This document shows, piece after piece, positions 1 to 8,460 of a DNA stretch of 34,405 nt. The stretch is from positions 1 through 34,405 of IMG/VR virus record IMGVR_UViG_3300020057_000017; one strand, written 5' to 3'. Source of the stretch: a virus (Duplodnaviria; Caudoviricetes). Position numbers and translations under genes: made by a program. The notes under the pieces are model-generated. The model was not told where the DNA came from. It worked only from the letters and a program-made list of their open reading frames with translations, and ran no database searches. The first letter of the stretch is position 1. Every line of letters begins with the position of its first letter.

Positions 1-127
1 ACGATTATCAATTTAAACAGGTTCGCTTTCTATAATACAATTAGTGATTGTGATTGGGCCTCAACAATGGCACACGAAGGGCTCGGACATTCCCTGGGAG
101 GTTACGGCCACGACTTTAACTGGAGCA
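1..127. repeat. Terminal direct repeat, copy 1 (circular assembly overlap)
   Basis: Bases 1-127 are identical to 34279-34405, and a reading frame runs uninterrupted through the join. Confidence 0.97.
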
Positions 128-189
128 AGCTTAGAAATTTTAGCGTTCCATATTCTATAAATTATGCATTTGAGAAATGTTGTAAATAA
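1..189 (+). CDS. C-terminal part of origin-spanning secreted zinc metalloprotease-like protein (starts 33949)
   Basis: Frame 1 reads TIINLNRFAF...MAHEGLGHSLGGYGHDFNWS...FEKCCK, TAA at 187-189; not in ORF track. Confidence 0.85.
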   Translation, partial: TIINLNRFAFYNTISDCDWASTMAHEGLGHSLGGYGHDFNWSKLRNFSVPYSINYAFEKCCK

Positions 190-258
190 AGGGCCACAAT
201 AATTTGATACTGGGTAGTTATGTAGCGCGAGTGGCCCCGCGTTTCTTAAAAGGAAGTT

Positions 259-462
259 ATGAGCGCAACACAAATAAAAATGGAAAGAGAAACTTTAACT
301 AAATGGAAGAAAAAAGCTTTAGAGATGGAAGGCATGGTTAATTCCTTAATAGAGCTTAACGCAAGAAATTGTATGTTATCTGATATTAGAGATCAAAAAA
401 GCAAAGATCATATAAAATATCTTGCCGATCTTTTGAATAAAAAGTTTAATGGGATGAAATGA
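259..462 (+). CDS. Hypothetical protein
   Basis: AAGGAA RBS; ATGA overlap with next gene. Confidence 0.75.
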   Translation: MSATQIKMERETLTKWKKKALEMEGMVNSLIELNARNCMLSDIRDQKSKDHIKYLADLLNKKFNGMK

Positions 463-839
463 AAAAATTAATTGAGGATGCGGCGAGAGAGTATGCCTTA
501 GATAAAGTCAAAGGTATGTCAAGGGCGAGAGATGAAGCGAGTGAAGGGTTTGAGGAATGGTATGGCATGAGGGCTATTCTAAGAATGGTAATAAATCCAC
601 TAGAAGCATGGCAAGCCGCTAAACTTTCAAGTCAAAAAGAAATTAAAGAAATGTCTAACGAGTTAGATAAAGCTGGTAATAATTTATTCTTGCAAGAAGG
701 AAAAATTAAAGAGCTTGAAAAAGAAGTTGAGAATTATGAAATTAATATTCTTAAAGTTATGAAACAACGTGATGAGCTTGAAGAGAAATTGAAATTGGCG
801 AAAAAAGAAATTTCAATCCTTAAAGGTGTTAACCCGTGA
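459..839 (+). CDS. Hypothetical coiled-coil protein
   Basis: Coupled at both ends (ATGA, GTGA); E/K-rich heptads. Confidence 0.8.
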   Translation: MKKLIEDAAREYALDKVKGMSRARDEASEGFEEWYGMRAILRMVINPLEAWQAAKLSSQKEIKEMSNELDKAGNNLFLQEGKIKELEKEVENYEINILKVMKQRDELEEKLKLAKKEISILKGVNP

Positions 840-1453
840 AAGAAGAATGGAAAGATATTGGCAAATACCAAGGATTTTATCAAATCAGCAACCTTGCAAG
901 AGTTAAGTCCACTGAAAGGAAAGTTAGCTCCAAGAAAGGAACAAGGCTTGTACGAGAGAGAATTATGAAGCAATCGACTTCCAATGGATATAAACGCGTA
1001 ACGCTTAATATTGACGGTAAAGGAAAAGGTTTTTTGGTTCACAGGTTGCTAGCAACTGCTTTTATTCCAATAATTAAAGGAAAGAACTTTATTAATCACA
1101 AGAACTGTATCAAATCAGATAACAGGATAGACAATATCGAGTGGTGCACGGTTAGCGAAAACACTAAACACGCCTTTGATAATGGTCTTATAGTTTCTCC
1201 GTGTAAAAGGCTTGATGACATTCATTTTCTAACCTACGCCACATGCTTGGCTAAGTTCAAAGAAGATAAGCTTAAAAGCATAATGACTTTTACTAATTTT
1301 CGTTATACTGTTAGAGGTACGTTTAATAAGCACCTCTCGGGGCTGTTAAAGCTCCATATGGAGTGGCTATGGTCAGAAAGAAAACTTAAAACCACTCGTA
1401 AAGAAGCACTCGCTAAAATTCGAGGGGAACAAAAGGACACGGACAATGAGTAA
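836..1453 (+). CDS. NUMOD4-HNH homing endonuclease
   Basis: EEWKDI..YQGFYQISNLARVKS (NUMOD4) and VHRLLATAF...INHKNCIKSDNRIDNIEW (HNH). Confidence 0.92.
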   Translation: MKEEWKDIGKYQGFYQISNLARVKSTERKVSSKKGTRLVRERIMKQSTSNGYKRVTLNIDGKGKGFLVHRLLATAFIPIIKGKNFINHKNCIKSDNRIDNIEWCTVSENTKHAFDNGLIVSPCKRLDDIHFLTYATCLAKFKEDKLKSIMTFTNFRYTVRGTFNKHLSGLLKLHMEWLWSERKLKTTRKEALAKIRGEQKDTDNE

Positions 1454-1853
1454 TTGCTTAGAAAGAATAAGAGAATATTTGATAGCTGGAGGGCTTTTTA
1501 ATCCAGAGCTTATGGAACACTCCAAGGTATCCGAGCTGATTCAAGACTGTCGGGAAGAAATCACTAAGCTTGAAGCAGAACTCGCGCAGCAAAGATTTAA
1601 CAATGAACACAATCTATCTATCGATCAAAAAGTTTCTGATGAAATGGTGAAGCTTAAAGCGGAAAATGAGATGATGCGAGAGTATTTATCATTAGCGTTA
1701 TCTTTCGCACCGAAAGGAGAAGTTCCTAATGGTTTGTTTCCGACTAGCTATTTTACTCTTAATTATGAAGAGGATGTTAAAATTCAGAAAAAGATAGATG
1801 CTGCCCGTGAAATTCTTAAAAAGATTGATGAGAATAAAGAGGGAATAGCATGA
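1446..1853 (+). CDS. Hypothetical protein
   Basis: Overlaps upstream stop; GGLFNPELMEH N-terminal motif, coiled coil. Confidence 0.8.
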   Translation: MSNCLERIREYLIAGGLFNPELMEHSKVSELIQDCREEITKLEAELAQQRFNNEHNLSIDQKVSDEMVKLKAENEMMREYLSLALSFAPKGEVPNGLFPTSYFTLNYEEDVKIQKKIDAAREILKKIDENKEGIA

Positions 1854-1972
1854 GTAAGAAAATAGAAAAAGAAATTAAAGCGCATATTGAGAAAGTAAGG
1901 AAGAAAAGAGAAGTCCCTGTTTATGTCGTCGGGGTAAACGGGTTTAGCGTGAGACAGAAGAGGAATAAATAA
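1850..1972 (+). CDS. Small basic hypothetical protein (40 aa), last gene of plus arm
   Basis: ATGA-coupled; MSKKIEKEIKAHIEKVRKKREVPVYVVGVNGFSVRQKRNK; below ORF-track cutoff. Confidence 0.6.
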   Translation: MSKKIEKEIKAHIEKVRKKREVPVYVVGVNGFSVRQKRNK

Positions 1973-1978
1973 TGGGAT

Positions 1979-2209
1979 TTAGTTTGTGATCGGTTCGTGC
2001 ATTTCAACCACTTTTAACCTGTCCCGATTCGCATGAACAAACCGATTATAACAAAGACATTTCTGATAATCATTTACACCAAGCTTATTCAGGTCGTACC
2101 AGAACTTAGCTTTTGCCTCATTGATTTTAGTTTGCATTAAATAGTTTTTTCTAAGTTCATCGTCTGAACAATTGAGCCACTTGTTTAAGTAAATGACTTG
2201 CGAAGTCAT
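1979..2209 (-). CDS. Hypothetical protein, last gene of minus arm
   Basis: ATGA-coupled to upstream gene. Confidence 0.7.
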   Translation of the reverse strand: MTSQVIYLNKWLNCSDDELRKNYLMQTKINEAKAKFWYDLNKLGVNDYQKCLCYNRFVHANRDRLKVVEMHEPITN

Positions 2210-2511
2210 TTTTTAGTTGAGTCGTACTGAGCGAGTAAACCACCAAGCATATCAACAAAGTCTTCGTCAGCAAAAAGATCGTGTCTATTCATTAGCGCCA
2301 TGAGCATATGTGAAAGTTCATGGAAAAATGTATGGCTTAAAAAATCGTCTGGTAGTTTTTCGCCATTACTAGGTGAGTGTGTTGAAACTTCCAAGAGGTT
2401 TTTTTCGACGTAACAAATACCGTAAGGGTGAGAGCCGTCTGGTGCAGTTATTTTCCGCACATAATTTACTTTTATATCGTGCCCAAGTAGCTTAAACTTT
2501 TTAACTCTCAT
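2206..2511 (-). CDS. Small HEXXH zinc metallopeptidase-like protein
   Basis: YGIC...HTFFHELSHML...DEDFVD; AAGGA RBS. Confidence 0.8.
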   Translation of the reverse strand: MRVKKFKLLGHDIKVNYVRKITAPDGSHPYGICYVEKNLLEVSTHSPSNGEKLPDDFLSHTFFHELSHMLMALMNRHDLFADEDFVDMLGGLLAQYDSTKK

Positions 2512-2523
2512 TTTTAAATCCTT

Positions 2524-3477
2524 TTAAAGATGAATTGTTCTAGCGCCCCATTTGTCAACCCAGCCAAAACCTAACTGAAAATTTGCAAGCTTGCTTGGGG
2601 TATAAGTTAAGGCTTTCGCCTCCACGTCCCCAAGGAAGCCGCAAGACATTTCAAAAATAGACTGCCCGTGTATGCGTCGATGCTGCACATAAAGCTTGTG
2701 GTCATGGCCGTGAATGACATTCTTGAGGTAGTAATCTTTATGAGTACCAGGCGATAAAAATCCGTGAGTAAAAAGAATACCTTCTATTTCTAATTCTTGG
2801 CGCGTGTCCATAATCGTTTCAACGCCTTCAAAGGTGAACAATGCCTTTAGATGTTTAACAACAATATGCTCTGCAATTGGTAATGACTCCATTGTCCTTT
2901 TAGCTATTCTTACATCATGATTTCCTAGTAGTTGATAGCATTTTGCATTTGGGCAATACTCGCGAATTTTTGCCCATGCGTCTCTGGCCATGCCAATTCC
3001 TAAAGTTTCTTCCTCTTCAGGCATGTAGACGTTTTGTGATCGGGGAAATTTTGAAGCTGCATATTGATCGAGTAAATCACCAATCTGGATTACATAATCT
3101 GGCCGATGCTCCTTAGCGAAATCAATCATTTTTTCCAGCGCCGCCTTGTTCACAAAAGGGAAGTGAGTATCTGGCCAACATAGGATTTTTGAAAAGTTAT
3201 TCTCTTTTAATTCAGTACGTGGAATATAGTTATCAATTTGATCCTCTACGCTTCTTTCAAAGATCTTATTTGTAATCCTGGGAATTTTACCGACTATCAT
3301 TGAATCGGCTTTCGATAACTGGCAAAGTCCTGCCATTTCTATGATGTTTCGATAGCCTATTTTATTAATTTTGTGAGTAGAACAACCTGCCGACATTAGC
3401 TCCATTCTTAATGGTGTCCTTCCGTATTCATGGTAAAGCTCTTTAGCCTTTTGCACTATCTCATTAAGTTCATCCAT
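2524..3477 (-). CDS. Calcineurin-like metallophosphoesterase
   Basis: All five motifs present: PDTH, GDLLD, GNHD, THG, HGHDH. Confidence 0.92.
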   Translation of the reverse strand: MDELNEIVQKAKELYHEYGRTPLRMELMSAGCSTHKINKIGYRNIIEMAGLCQLSKADSMIVGKIPRITNKIFERSVEDQIDNYIPRTELKENNFSKILCWPDTHFPFVNKAALEKMIDFAKEHRPDYVIQIGDLLDQYAASKFPRSQNVYMPEEEETLGIGMARDAWAKIREYCPNAKCYQLLGNHDVRIAKRTMESLPIAEHIVVKHLKALFTFEGVETIMDTRQELEIEGILFTHGFLSPGTHKDYYLKNVIHGHDHKLYVQHRRIHGQSIFEMSCGFLGDVEAKALTYTPSKLANFQLGFGWVDKWGARTIHL

Positions 3478-3487
3478 TAATTAATCC

Positions 3488-3859
3488 TTAAGCTAGTTCA
3501 ATATGTGGCCAGTCTTTAAAACTAAAATCTCTACCTAGTTTTATTTTGATTTCGTATTTTTCAGCGAATGACTCAAATGCAAGACACATTATTTCAAACT
3601 CTTTTAGATCAACCCATGAAATAGTTTTTGGGTTTCTGTCTGGATCTGGTACAAAGTCCCCGGCCGTACTTGGACTTTTATTATGTTTTGAATTAGGATA
3701 TTTTAATTTTGATTTTTTTTGTGAAAATGCCTCATTCTGATCTTTCTCGTTTCGTTCACCACAAATGCATTGTATTGGGTAAATCTCATCAACTGCCATG
3801 GCCAGCTTAATCAAGTCAGGGTGACATGTTTTGAGCTTATTAAAAGATGTAGAATTAAT
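3488..3859 (-). CDS. Endolysin, peptidase M15 family (L-Ala-D-Glu peptidase-like); probable ATT start at 3859
   Basis: GER..DQ, SKH(N)x5GD, DWPHIEL motifs; in-frame STSFNKLKTCHPD lies upstream of the TTG at 3814. Confidence 0.88.
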   Translation of the reverse strand: MNSTSFNKLKTCHPDLIKLAMAVDEIYPIQCICGERNEKDQNEAFSQKKSKLKYPNSKHNKSPSTAGDFVPDPDRNPKTISWVDLKEFEIMCLAFESFAEKYEIKIKLGRDFSFKDWPHIELA

Positions 3860-3998
3860 TCTTTACCTCTTTAAAATCTGGGCATTTATTTTTTATAATC
3901 GCCAATAAATTCTTTTTTTCTTGTCCTTTTGCGTTGATGTATTTCTGAATTAGGACTTCAAGGCCTTGGCCCTTGCCTTTCTTTTCTTTTAGTTTCAA
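3855..3998 (-). CDS. Small basic hypothetical protein (47 aa)
   Basis: TTG overlaps upstream TGA; MKLKEKKGKGQGLEVLIQKYINAKGQEKKNLLAIIKNKCPDFKEVKN; fills the gap exactly. Confidence 0.55.
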   Translation of the reverse strand: MKLKEKKGKGQGLEVLIQKYINAKGQEKKNLLAIIKNKCPDFKEVKN

Positions 3999-4342
3999 GG
4001 TGACTGCCTTTTAGTTAATCCAAAGTCATTATTCTTGAAAAAGCTCATTGCTTCTGGATTGTTAAACTTAAAAGAAACCTTTTTAAGTTCCCATCTAGTG
4101 CACAAAATAAACCTTTTTGTACATTCTCTCCATGAGTAGTAGACTCCAGACAAGTCTTTTTCCATTGGAAAGAAGGCCTGGTCATGAGGGAAAGGAATAT
4201 TAGGGTTAAAAGAAACCAGTGAAACGCCGTCACTTTTTACTAGCGAATTTGATGAAATTTTCCGCGATTGATTTAAGGTCGCGCATCCGTTCATCAAGAT
4301 AAAGCTGAGAGCGGTTATCTTCATTTTTGGAGAACTCATCAT
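3995..4342 (-). CDS. Lipoprotein, candidate outer-membrane spanin
   Basis: K-ITALSFILMNG-C lipobox; AAGGAA RBS before ATG 4342; 5' end overlaps upstream gene in another frame; near endolysin. Confidence 0.65.
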   Translation of the reverse strand: MMSSPKMKITALSFILMNGCATLNQSRKISSNSLVKSDGVSLVSFNPNIPFPHDQAFFPMEKDLSGVYYSWRECTKRFILCTRWELKKVSFKFNNPEAMSFFKNNDFGLTKRQSP

Positions 4343-4451
4343 AATATTCCTTTTCAAGCTTAACAACCTTGTCTAGATATTTTGTGGACTCCTTAGAGCC
4401 CCAAAGCTTTAAACCTTCTTTTAAAATACCTAAAACAAGAGTTAGACTCAT
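4230..4451 (-). CDS. Lysis-cassette protein, candidate inner spanin partner
   Basis: Hydrophobic N-terminus then helical charged region; TAATG coupling; overlaps lipoprotein gene. Confidence 0.55.
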   Translation of the reverse strand: MSLTLVLGILKEGLKLWGSKESTKYLDKVVKLEKEYYDEFSKNEDNRSQLYLDERMRDLKSIAENFIKFASKK

Positions 4452-4726
4452 TAAGCTTCTTCTTTAATTTCTTTGTACGCGCTATAAGCTTTTTGTATCA
4501 ATGCAATTCCCTCCATTGGATCAAGATCTTTTATTTCTTTTCCAAGCTCGGGTTTTGATGCAATAAACTCTACTAGCTCTTTAATATTTTCAACCAATTT
4601 CGGGACATGAATAATGTCAGAAGCATTTACACCGTCTTTGCCTATTTCAATTCCTAGGATTATATTTTTTGCAGCAAGCTCGATACAAACACATAGATCT
4701 GAGATTCCTATTTTGTCTTGTTCCAT
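4451..4726 (-). CDS. Hypothetical protein
   Basis: GAGGAGG RBS before ATG 4726 (MEQDK). Confidence 0.75.
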   Translation of the reverse strand: MEQDKIGISDLCVCIELAAKNIILGIEIGKDGVNASDIIHVPKLVENIKELVEFIASKPELGKEIKDLDPMEGIALIQKAYSAYKEIKEEA

Positions 4727-4742
4727 ACTCCCTCCTCGGGGT

Positions 4743-4997
4743 TTAAGCATTTACGGCCTGTAAAAATTCAGGCTCATTTATAATTAGCTCATAACATTGT
4801 TGTCTTGTCTTTTCACCACTGAAAAAAAATTCTCTATGTTCAATGGCCTCGCCTGCCTGACCATTTGGTGAACCATCAATGAAAAGGCTCAGTACTACCT
4901 GCGTGTTTCCCAAGTACCAGTCAAAAACCATTTTTGTTACTCTCCAGTAGCCTGCCTGAACTTTGAACCGAGTCTCTTTGTTTAAATTTAGTGCCAT
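4743..4997 (-). CDS. Hypothetical tail-fibre-associated protein
   Basis: GAGGGA RBS; follows fibre genes. Confidence 0.7.
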   Translation of the reverse strand: MALNLNKETRFKVQAGYWRVTKMVFDWYLGNTQVVLSLFIDGSPNGQAGEAIEHREFFFSGEKTRQQCYELIINEPEFLQAVNA

Positions 4998-5011
4998 GAT
5001 CCCTCTTTTTT

Positions 5012-5314
5012 TTAAGTTGTCTTATACCATTTATTATTTGGTGCCGAGTAAGTCATAGTCACTGATGAACCTGCGGCCAGTGTATTTACCGCCGTTGCTA
5101 TCGTGATTCCAGACGGAAGAAATGTTAAAGCTGTTATGCCGTTAACGGTGCAGACATTTATTGACTGTCCGTCTAGCGGAGTCGCTGGCATTAAAATTGA
5201 TAAACTTGCAGCAGTTGATGAAGCATCATGAATAAGTAAATTGTCAGTATATGATTCTATCATGTCAACAGTTCCCGATAGTGATACTGAAGTTTGAATA
5301 TTTTGAGATTTCAT
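5012..5314 (-). CDS. Small beta-rich tail-fibre-associated protein
   Basis: LSILMPATPLDGQSINV...Y....KWY fibre-type module. Confidence 0.75.
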   Translation of the reverse strand: MKSQNIQTSVSLSGTVDMIESYTDNLLIHDASSTAASLSILMPATPLDGQSINVCTVNGITALTFLPSGITIATAVNTLAAGSSVTMTYSAPNNKWYKTT

Positions 5315-7141
5315 TTAAAATGCTCCTACTACATTATAATCTGTCCCATTAGACTGTATTCTAAATCCTGCATATTGAGTTGAAAAAACTTTAGGCCCTC
5401 CGGCAATTCCAGATATTGTAACTGTGTTCGCCGTTGCATCAGTTTTTAAAACAACATATTCCCTACCAGTGCACCCAGATGCGGTAGGCAATGTACAAGC
5501 TAAATTTCCTGAAGTGCAATTGAAACGAGCAGTACTATGAGTGGAATCAAGTGTTGTATTGACGGTAAAAGCTGTAGTATTGATTGCCGTTGCAAAAGAG
5601 CCGCCCGAGTGTATGGTTGATGTTGGCGCGGTTGTAATTGCTCCGACATACAAACTAGACGATATAGCTACATTTCCAGAAAATCTTGCGGCCCATGATC
5701 TAGTAATGGTTGCGTTTACTCCTGCTATTGGTGATCCACTAATGTCAAATGTCGATGCATCCGAAATAGTTGATGCTCCTGCAAATAAATAATTTGGCGG
5801 TTGAATAACAACTGCTCGCTGAGTAGCAATTGAACCAGTTGCCCATTGAACATTCCGTGACAAATTTAAATTTATGTCTATAGCTTCGGTCGTGGCAGTC
5901 ATTGTGGATAAAACACCACCTGTAACTAATGCTATATTTGCTACGCCCGATCCTGTAAAAGTTGATGATGGTTGAGTGATTTCTAGTACTCGATTTGTTA
6001 AACCTGTAAACGTACTATTTGTGTAAGCCGCTGGTGCAATTCTTATTGCTGACGTTGTCTGATTATTAGCTGTGCATGTAAAAGAATCTGCAAAAAGTTT
6101 TCCTATACCTAATGGGCCCGCAGTATGTAGACTTAGTGTTTGCGTTGACATAACACCTGCGAGAAGTACGGAGTCTGTTGATGCTCCCGTGACTGCTCCG
6201 TTAAAATTAAAAGCTCCCACGCTTGTTGAAGTCCCCGCGATTGCTGTTGGCCCGAAAGTTACCCTTGCTTGAACGTTACCAGTGCTTTCACTTGGGATCA
6301 TAAACGGTCTTGAGTTGCTAGTTCTAAGCTCTTTAGAGTTTTGCACAACTACATGCCCTGAAAGCGTAACAGTTCCATTCCCTGCATTTCCTGCGTTTAC
6401 CGTTACTGAGTTTGAACCTGCTGAAACATAGTTATGCGACGGAACCGTTGACGTTGTAGTTGCACCAACCATAAATTCATTTCCGTTACCCATTCCAGTG
6501 ATTAACCACTTTGCGTTACCACTCGCTATAGTTGTCGTAAAAAGTGGGGTTGTAATATTTCCAGAAAATTTATGTGAGGACACTCCATTTATTTGATAGT
6601 CAAAATGATTACCCGTAAATGATGTTTCAGAGTTTGATCCGTACATTGTCCCATTTGCGCTCCACCCTGTTGAGCTTGTGCCGGACGGTTCTAATAGTAT
6701 GGAAGGCTTATTTGTTGTCGATGAACCTGCCGAGTGAGGTGATCCGATTACTGTTATGGAAGGTGTGCTTGCCGCGGATGAAACGTTTGAAGTTAAAGTT
6801 CCTGTCATTGTGCCGCCAGATTTTAAAAGATTTAAATCTATGGCAGTTTGCTGCGATGTTGAAACGGGCTTGTTTGCATCACTTGTATTATCGACGTTAC
6901 CTAAACCAACAGCTGACTTGTTTAATGTTTGAAAAGTTTTATCGCCACGATAATAATCTGCTGAGGTTGTAGCGGTAATTGAAGCTTCTTTTAAATCTAT
7001 AGCTGTTTGTTGCGCAGTTGAAATAGGCATAGAGCCAATGGTTATTTTTTTATTTAAACCACCTACACTATCAACAATCGGAAGAGTATCCGCTGAAACG
7101 GGGGTTGCTTTTGATGCTAAATCCGATATTTTTGAACTCAT
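5315..7141 (-). CDS. Tail fibre / receptor-binding protein
   Basis: KISDL N-terminus, VGLGNVDNTSDANKPVST motif, twice P.ST.QQTAIDL, G/S/T-rich beta content. Confidence 0.85.
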   Translation of the reverse strand: MSSKISDLASKATPVSADTLPIVDSVGGLNKKITIGSMPISTAQQTAIDLKEASITATTSADYYRGDKTFQTLNKSAVGLGNVDNTSDANKPVSTSQQTAIDLNLLKSGGTMTGTLTSNVSSAASTPSITVIGSPHSAGSSTTNKPSILLEPSGTSSTGWSANGTMYGSNSETSFTGNHFDYQINGVSSHKFSGNITTPLFTTTIASGNAKWLITGMGNGNEFMVGATTTSTVPSHNYVSAGSNSVTVNAGNAGNGTVTLSGHVVVQNSKELRTSNSRPFMIPSESTGNVQARVTFGPTAIAGTSTSVGAFNFNGAVTGASTDSVLLAGVMSTQTLSLHTAGPLGIGKLFADSFTCTANNQTTSAIRIAPAAYTNSTFTGLTNRVLEITQPSSTFTGSGVANIALVTGGVLSTMTATTEAIDINLNLSRNVQWATGSIATQRAVVIQPPNYLFAGASTISDASTFDISGSPIAGVNATITRSWAARFSGNVAISSSLYVGAITTAPTSTIHSGGSFATAINTTAFTVNTTLDSTHSTARFNCTSGNLACTLPTASGCTGREYVVLKTDATANTVTISGIAGGPKVFSTQYAGFRIQSNGTDYNVVGAF

Positions 7142-7145
7142 ATAA

Positions 7146-7295
7146 TTAAGCCTCTAGTATTATTTTAGAAGATCCATCTTCTAAGAAAAAAAATGTTCCA
7201 TCTTCGAGCAGTAAAAAGACCCCTACTCCACCGCCATCATTAAGCAGGTCATCTCTTAATAAAAATCTTCCCATATTTATTAAAAATTTAGACAT
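7146..7295 (-). CDS. 49-aa LEDG-motif protein, probable fibre adaptor
   Basis: MSKFLINMGRFLLRDDLLNDGGGVGVFLLLEDGTFFFLEDGSSKIILEA; AAGGAAG RBS; below ORF-track cutoff. Confidence 0.75.
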   Translation of the reverse strand: MSKFLINMGRFLLRDDLLNDGGGVGVFLLLEDGTFFFLEDGSSKIILEA

Positions 7296-7304
7296 AACAC
7301 TTCC

Positions 7305-7814
7305 TTATTCCATTAAGTCAGTTACGGCCTTAAGCTTTTCAACTTTTTCCTTGAACTCAATCCCTAGCTTGTCTAGGCCCTTTTTTGATTTCTCCAGATC
7401 TTCCTCTTTGATTTTCAAAAGAGAGATTGCCTTGAAATAATTTTGATCGTTTAGGCTTTTTTCAAAATCTATTTTTTCAGACCTGGCATTAAGCACTTCT
7501 TCTAAAATAGAAAGTTCTTTCTTCTTTGCTTCATACTCTTTAACGTATCCATCGGTTAATTTCTTGGCCTCATCGCACTTACTTTTAATTAACTCCAGGT
7601 CAGATGCCTTTGCGTTTAGATCCGATGTGGTTTTTTTAAGCTTTTCAATTTGCAAGTCAAAGCTTGCTTTATTCTCCAGATACTCTGAAGATGCTTCGTT
7701 AAGTTCCTTGATAAGCTTTTTTATTTTGACTGGCTCACTTGCCAGTTCAAGAATAGCAAGCACATCATTTAAAGCAGAGGAAACTACTGGTAAAGAAACT
7801 GACATCATGCCCAT
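7305..7814 (-). CDS. Coiled-coil protein
   Basis: Long K/E/L heptad region. Confidence 0.8.
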   Translation of the reverse strand: MGMMSVSLPVVSSALNDVLAILELASEPVKIKKLIKELNEASSEYLENKASFDLQIEKLKKTTSDLNAKASDLELIKSKCDEAKKLTDGYVKEYEAKKKELSILEEVLNARSEKIDFEKSLNDQNYFKAISLLKIKEEDLEKSKKGLDKLGIEFKEKVEKLKAVTDLME

Positions 7815-7828
7815 AAATTACCCGTTTA

Positions 7829-8128
7829 TTAAGTGTTTGTGATTACTGCAACTTTATCGCCTGGATTAACTTCAAAATATTCCGAAGAATTTGCCGCTAC
7901 TCTTTTCGAACTAGTGGTTGCTGTAGGATTTGAGCCAAATTCGATTGAACAAATGGCGTCAGAGTGTATACATACAAGTTTTGTAGCAGCATTAAATGCA
8001 GCTGACTGTGCAGAGGCTCCCCCAATTGTTACCGTCTGAGACACAATAGGAGGCATTGAAACCACTGGAAGCGGTGAACCTAGAAAATATCTAGGATACT
8101 CATGCTCAGTGATATAAATTTTGGCCAT
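7829..8128 (-). CDS. Small beta-sandwich virion-associated protein
   Basis: AAGGAG RBS; SAQSAAFNA.T..V.I...FGSNPTAT...EYFEV.PGDKVAVI. Confidence 0.8.
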   Translation of the reverse strand: MAKIYITEHEYPRYFLGSPLPVVSMPPIVSQTVTIGGASAQSAAFNAATKLVCIHSDAICSIEFGSNPTATTSSKRVAANSSEYFEVNPGDKVAVITNT

Positions 8129-8218
8129 AATAAATCTCCTTTAAGTTATACGGTTATTTTAATCATATAAATAACCCTTTGCTTGCCACGCTTTGGTTAA
8201 GCGAAGACATTATAAAAA

Positions 8219-8449
8219 TTATCTATAATCAAGAATTAATTTCTCAATCCTGTCGAACCTCTTATCAATATGCTTAATATCATTTTCTCTGATTTCTTTT
8301 ACTTCTCGCCTAATGTCTACCCCTTCCGCATTTACAATTACGTAAACCATGCCATAAGCGGCCCATCCAATACTTGCAATGAAAACAATTACGCTTAAAA
8401 CTGACTTAATTATTGCCGGAAAAAAACTTGCAAATATTTTCATAACCAT
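8219..8449 (-). CDS. Small membrane protein, holin candidate
   Basis: Hydrophobic N-terminal half, charged C-terminal coil; AAGGAG RBS. Confidence 0.6.
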   Translation of the reverse strand: MVMKIFASFFPAIIKSVLSVIVFIASIGWAAYGMVYVIVNAEGVDIRREVKEIRENDIKHIDKRFDRIEKLILDYR

Positions 8450-8460
8450 TCTCCTTTGCG

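Noticed and set aside
1-127. Biological direct terminal repeat
   Set aside because: 127 is a common assembler k-mer size and the repeat falls mid-gene; it indicates circular assembly, not physical ends
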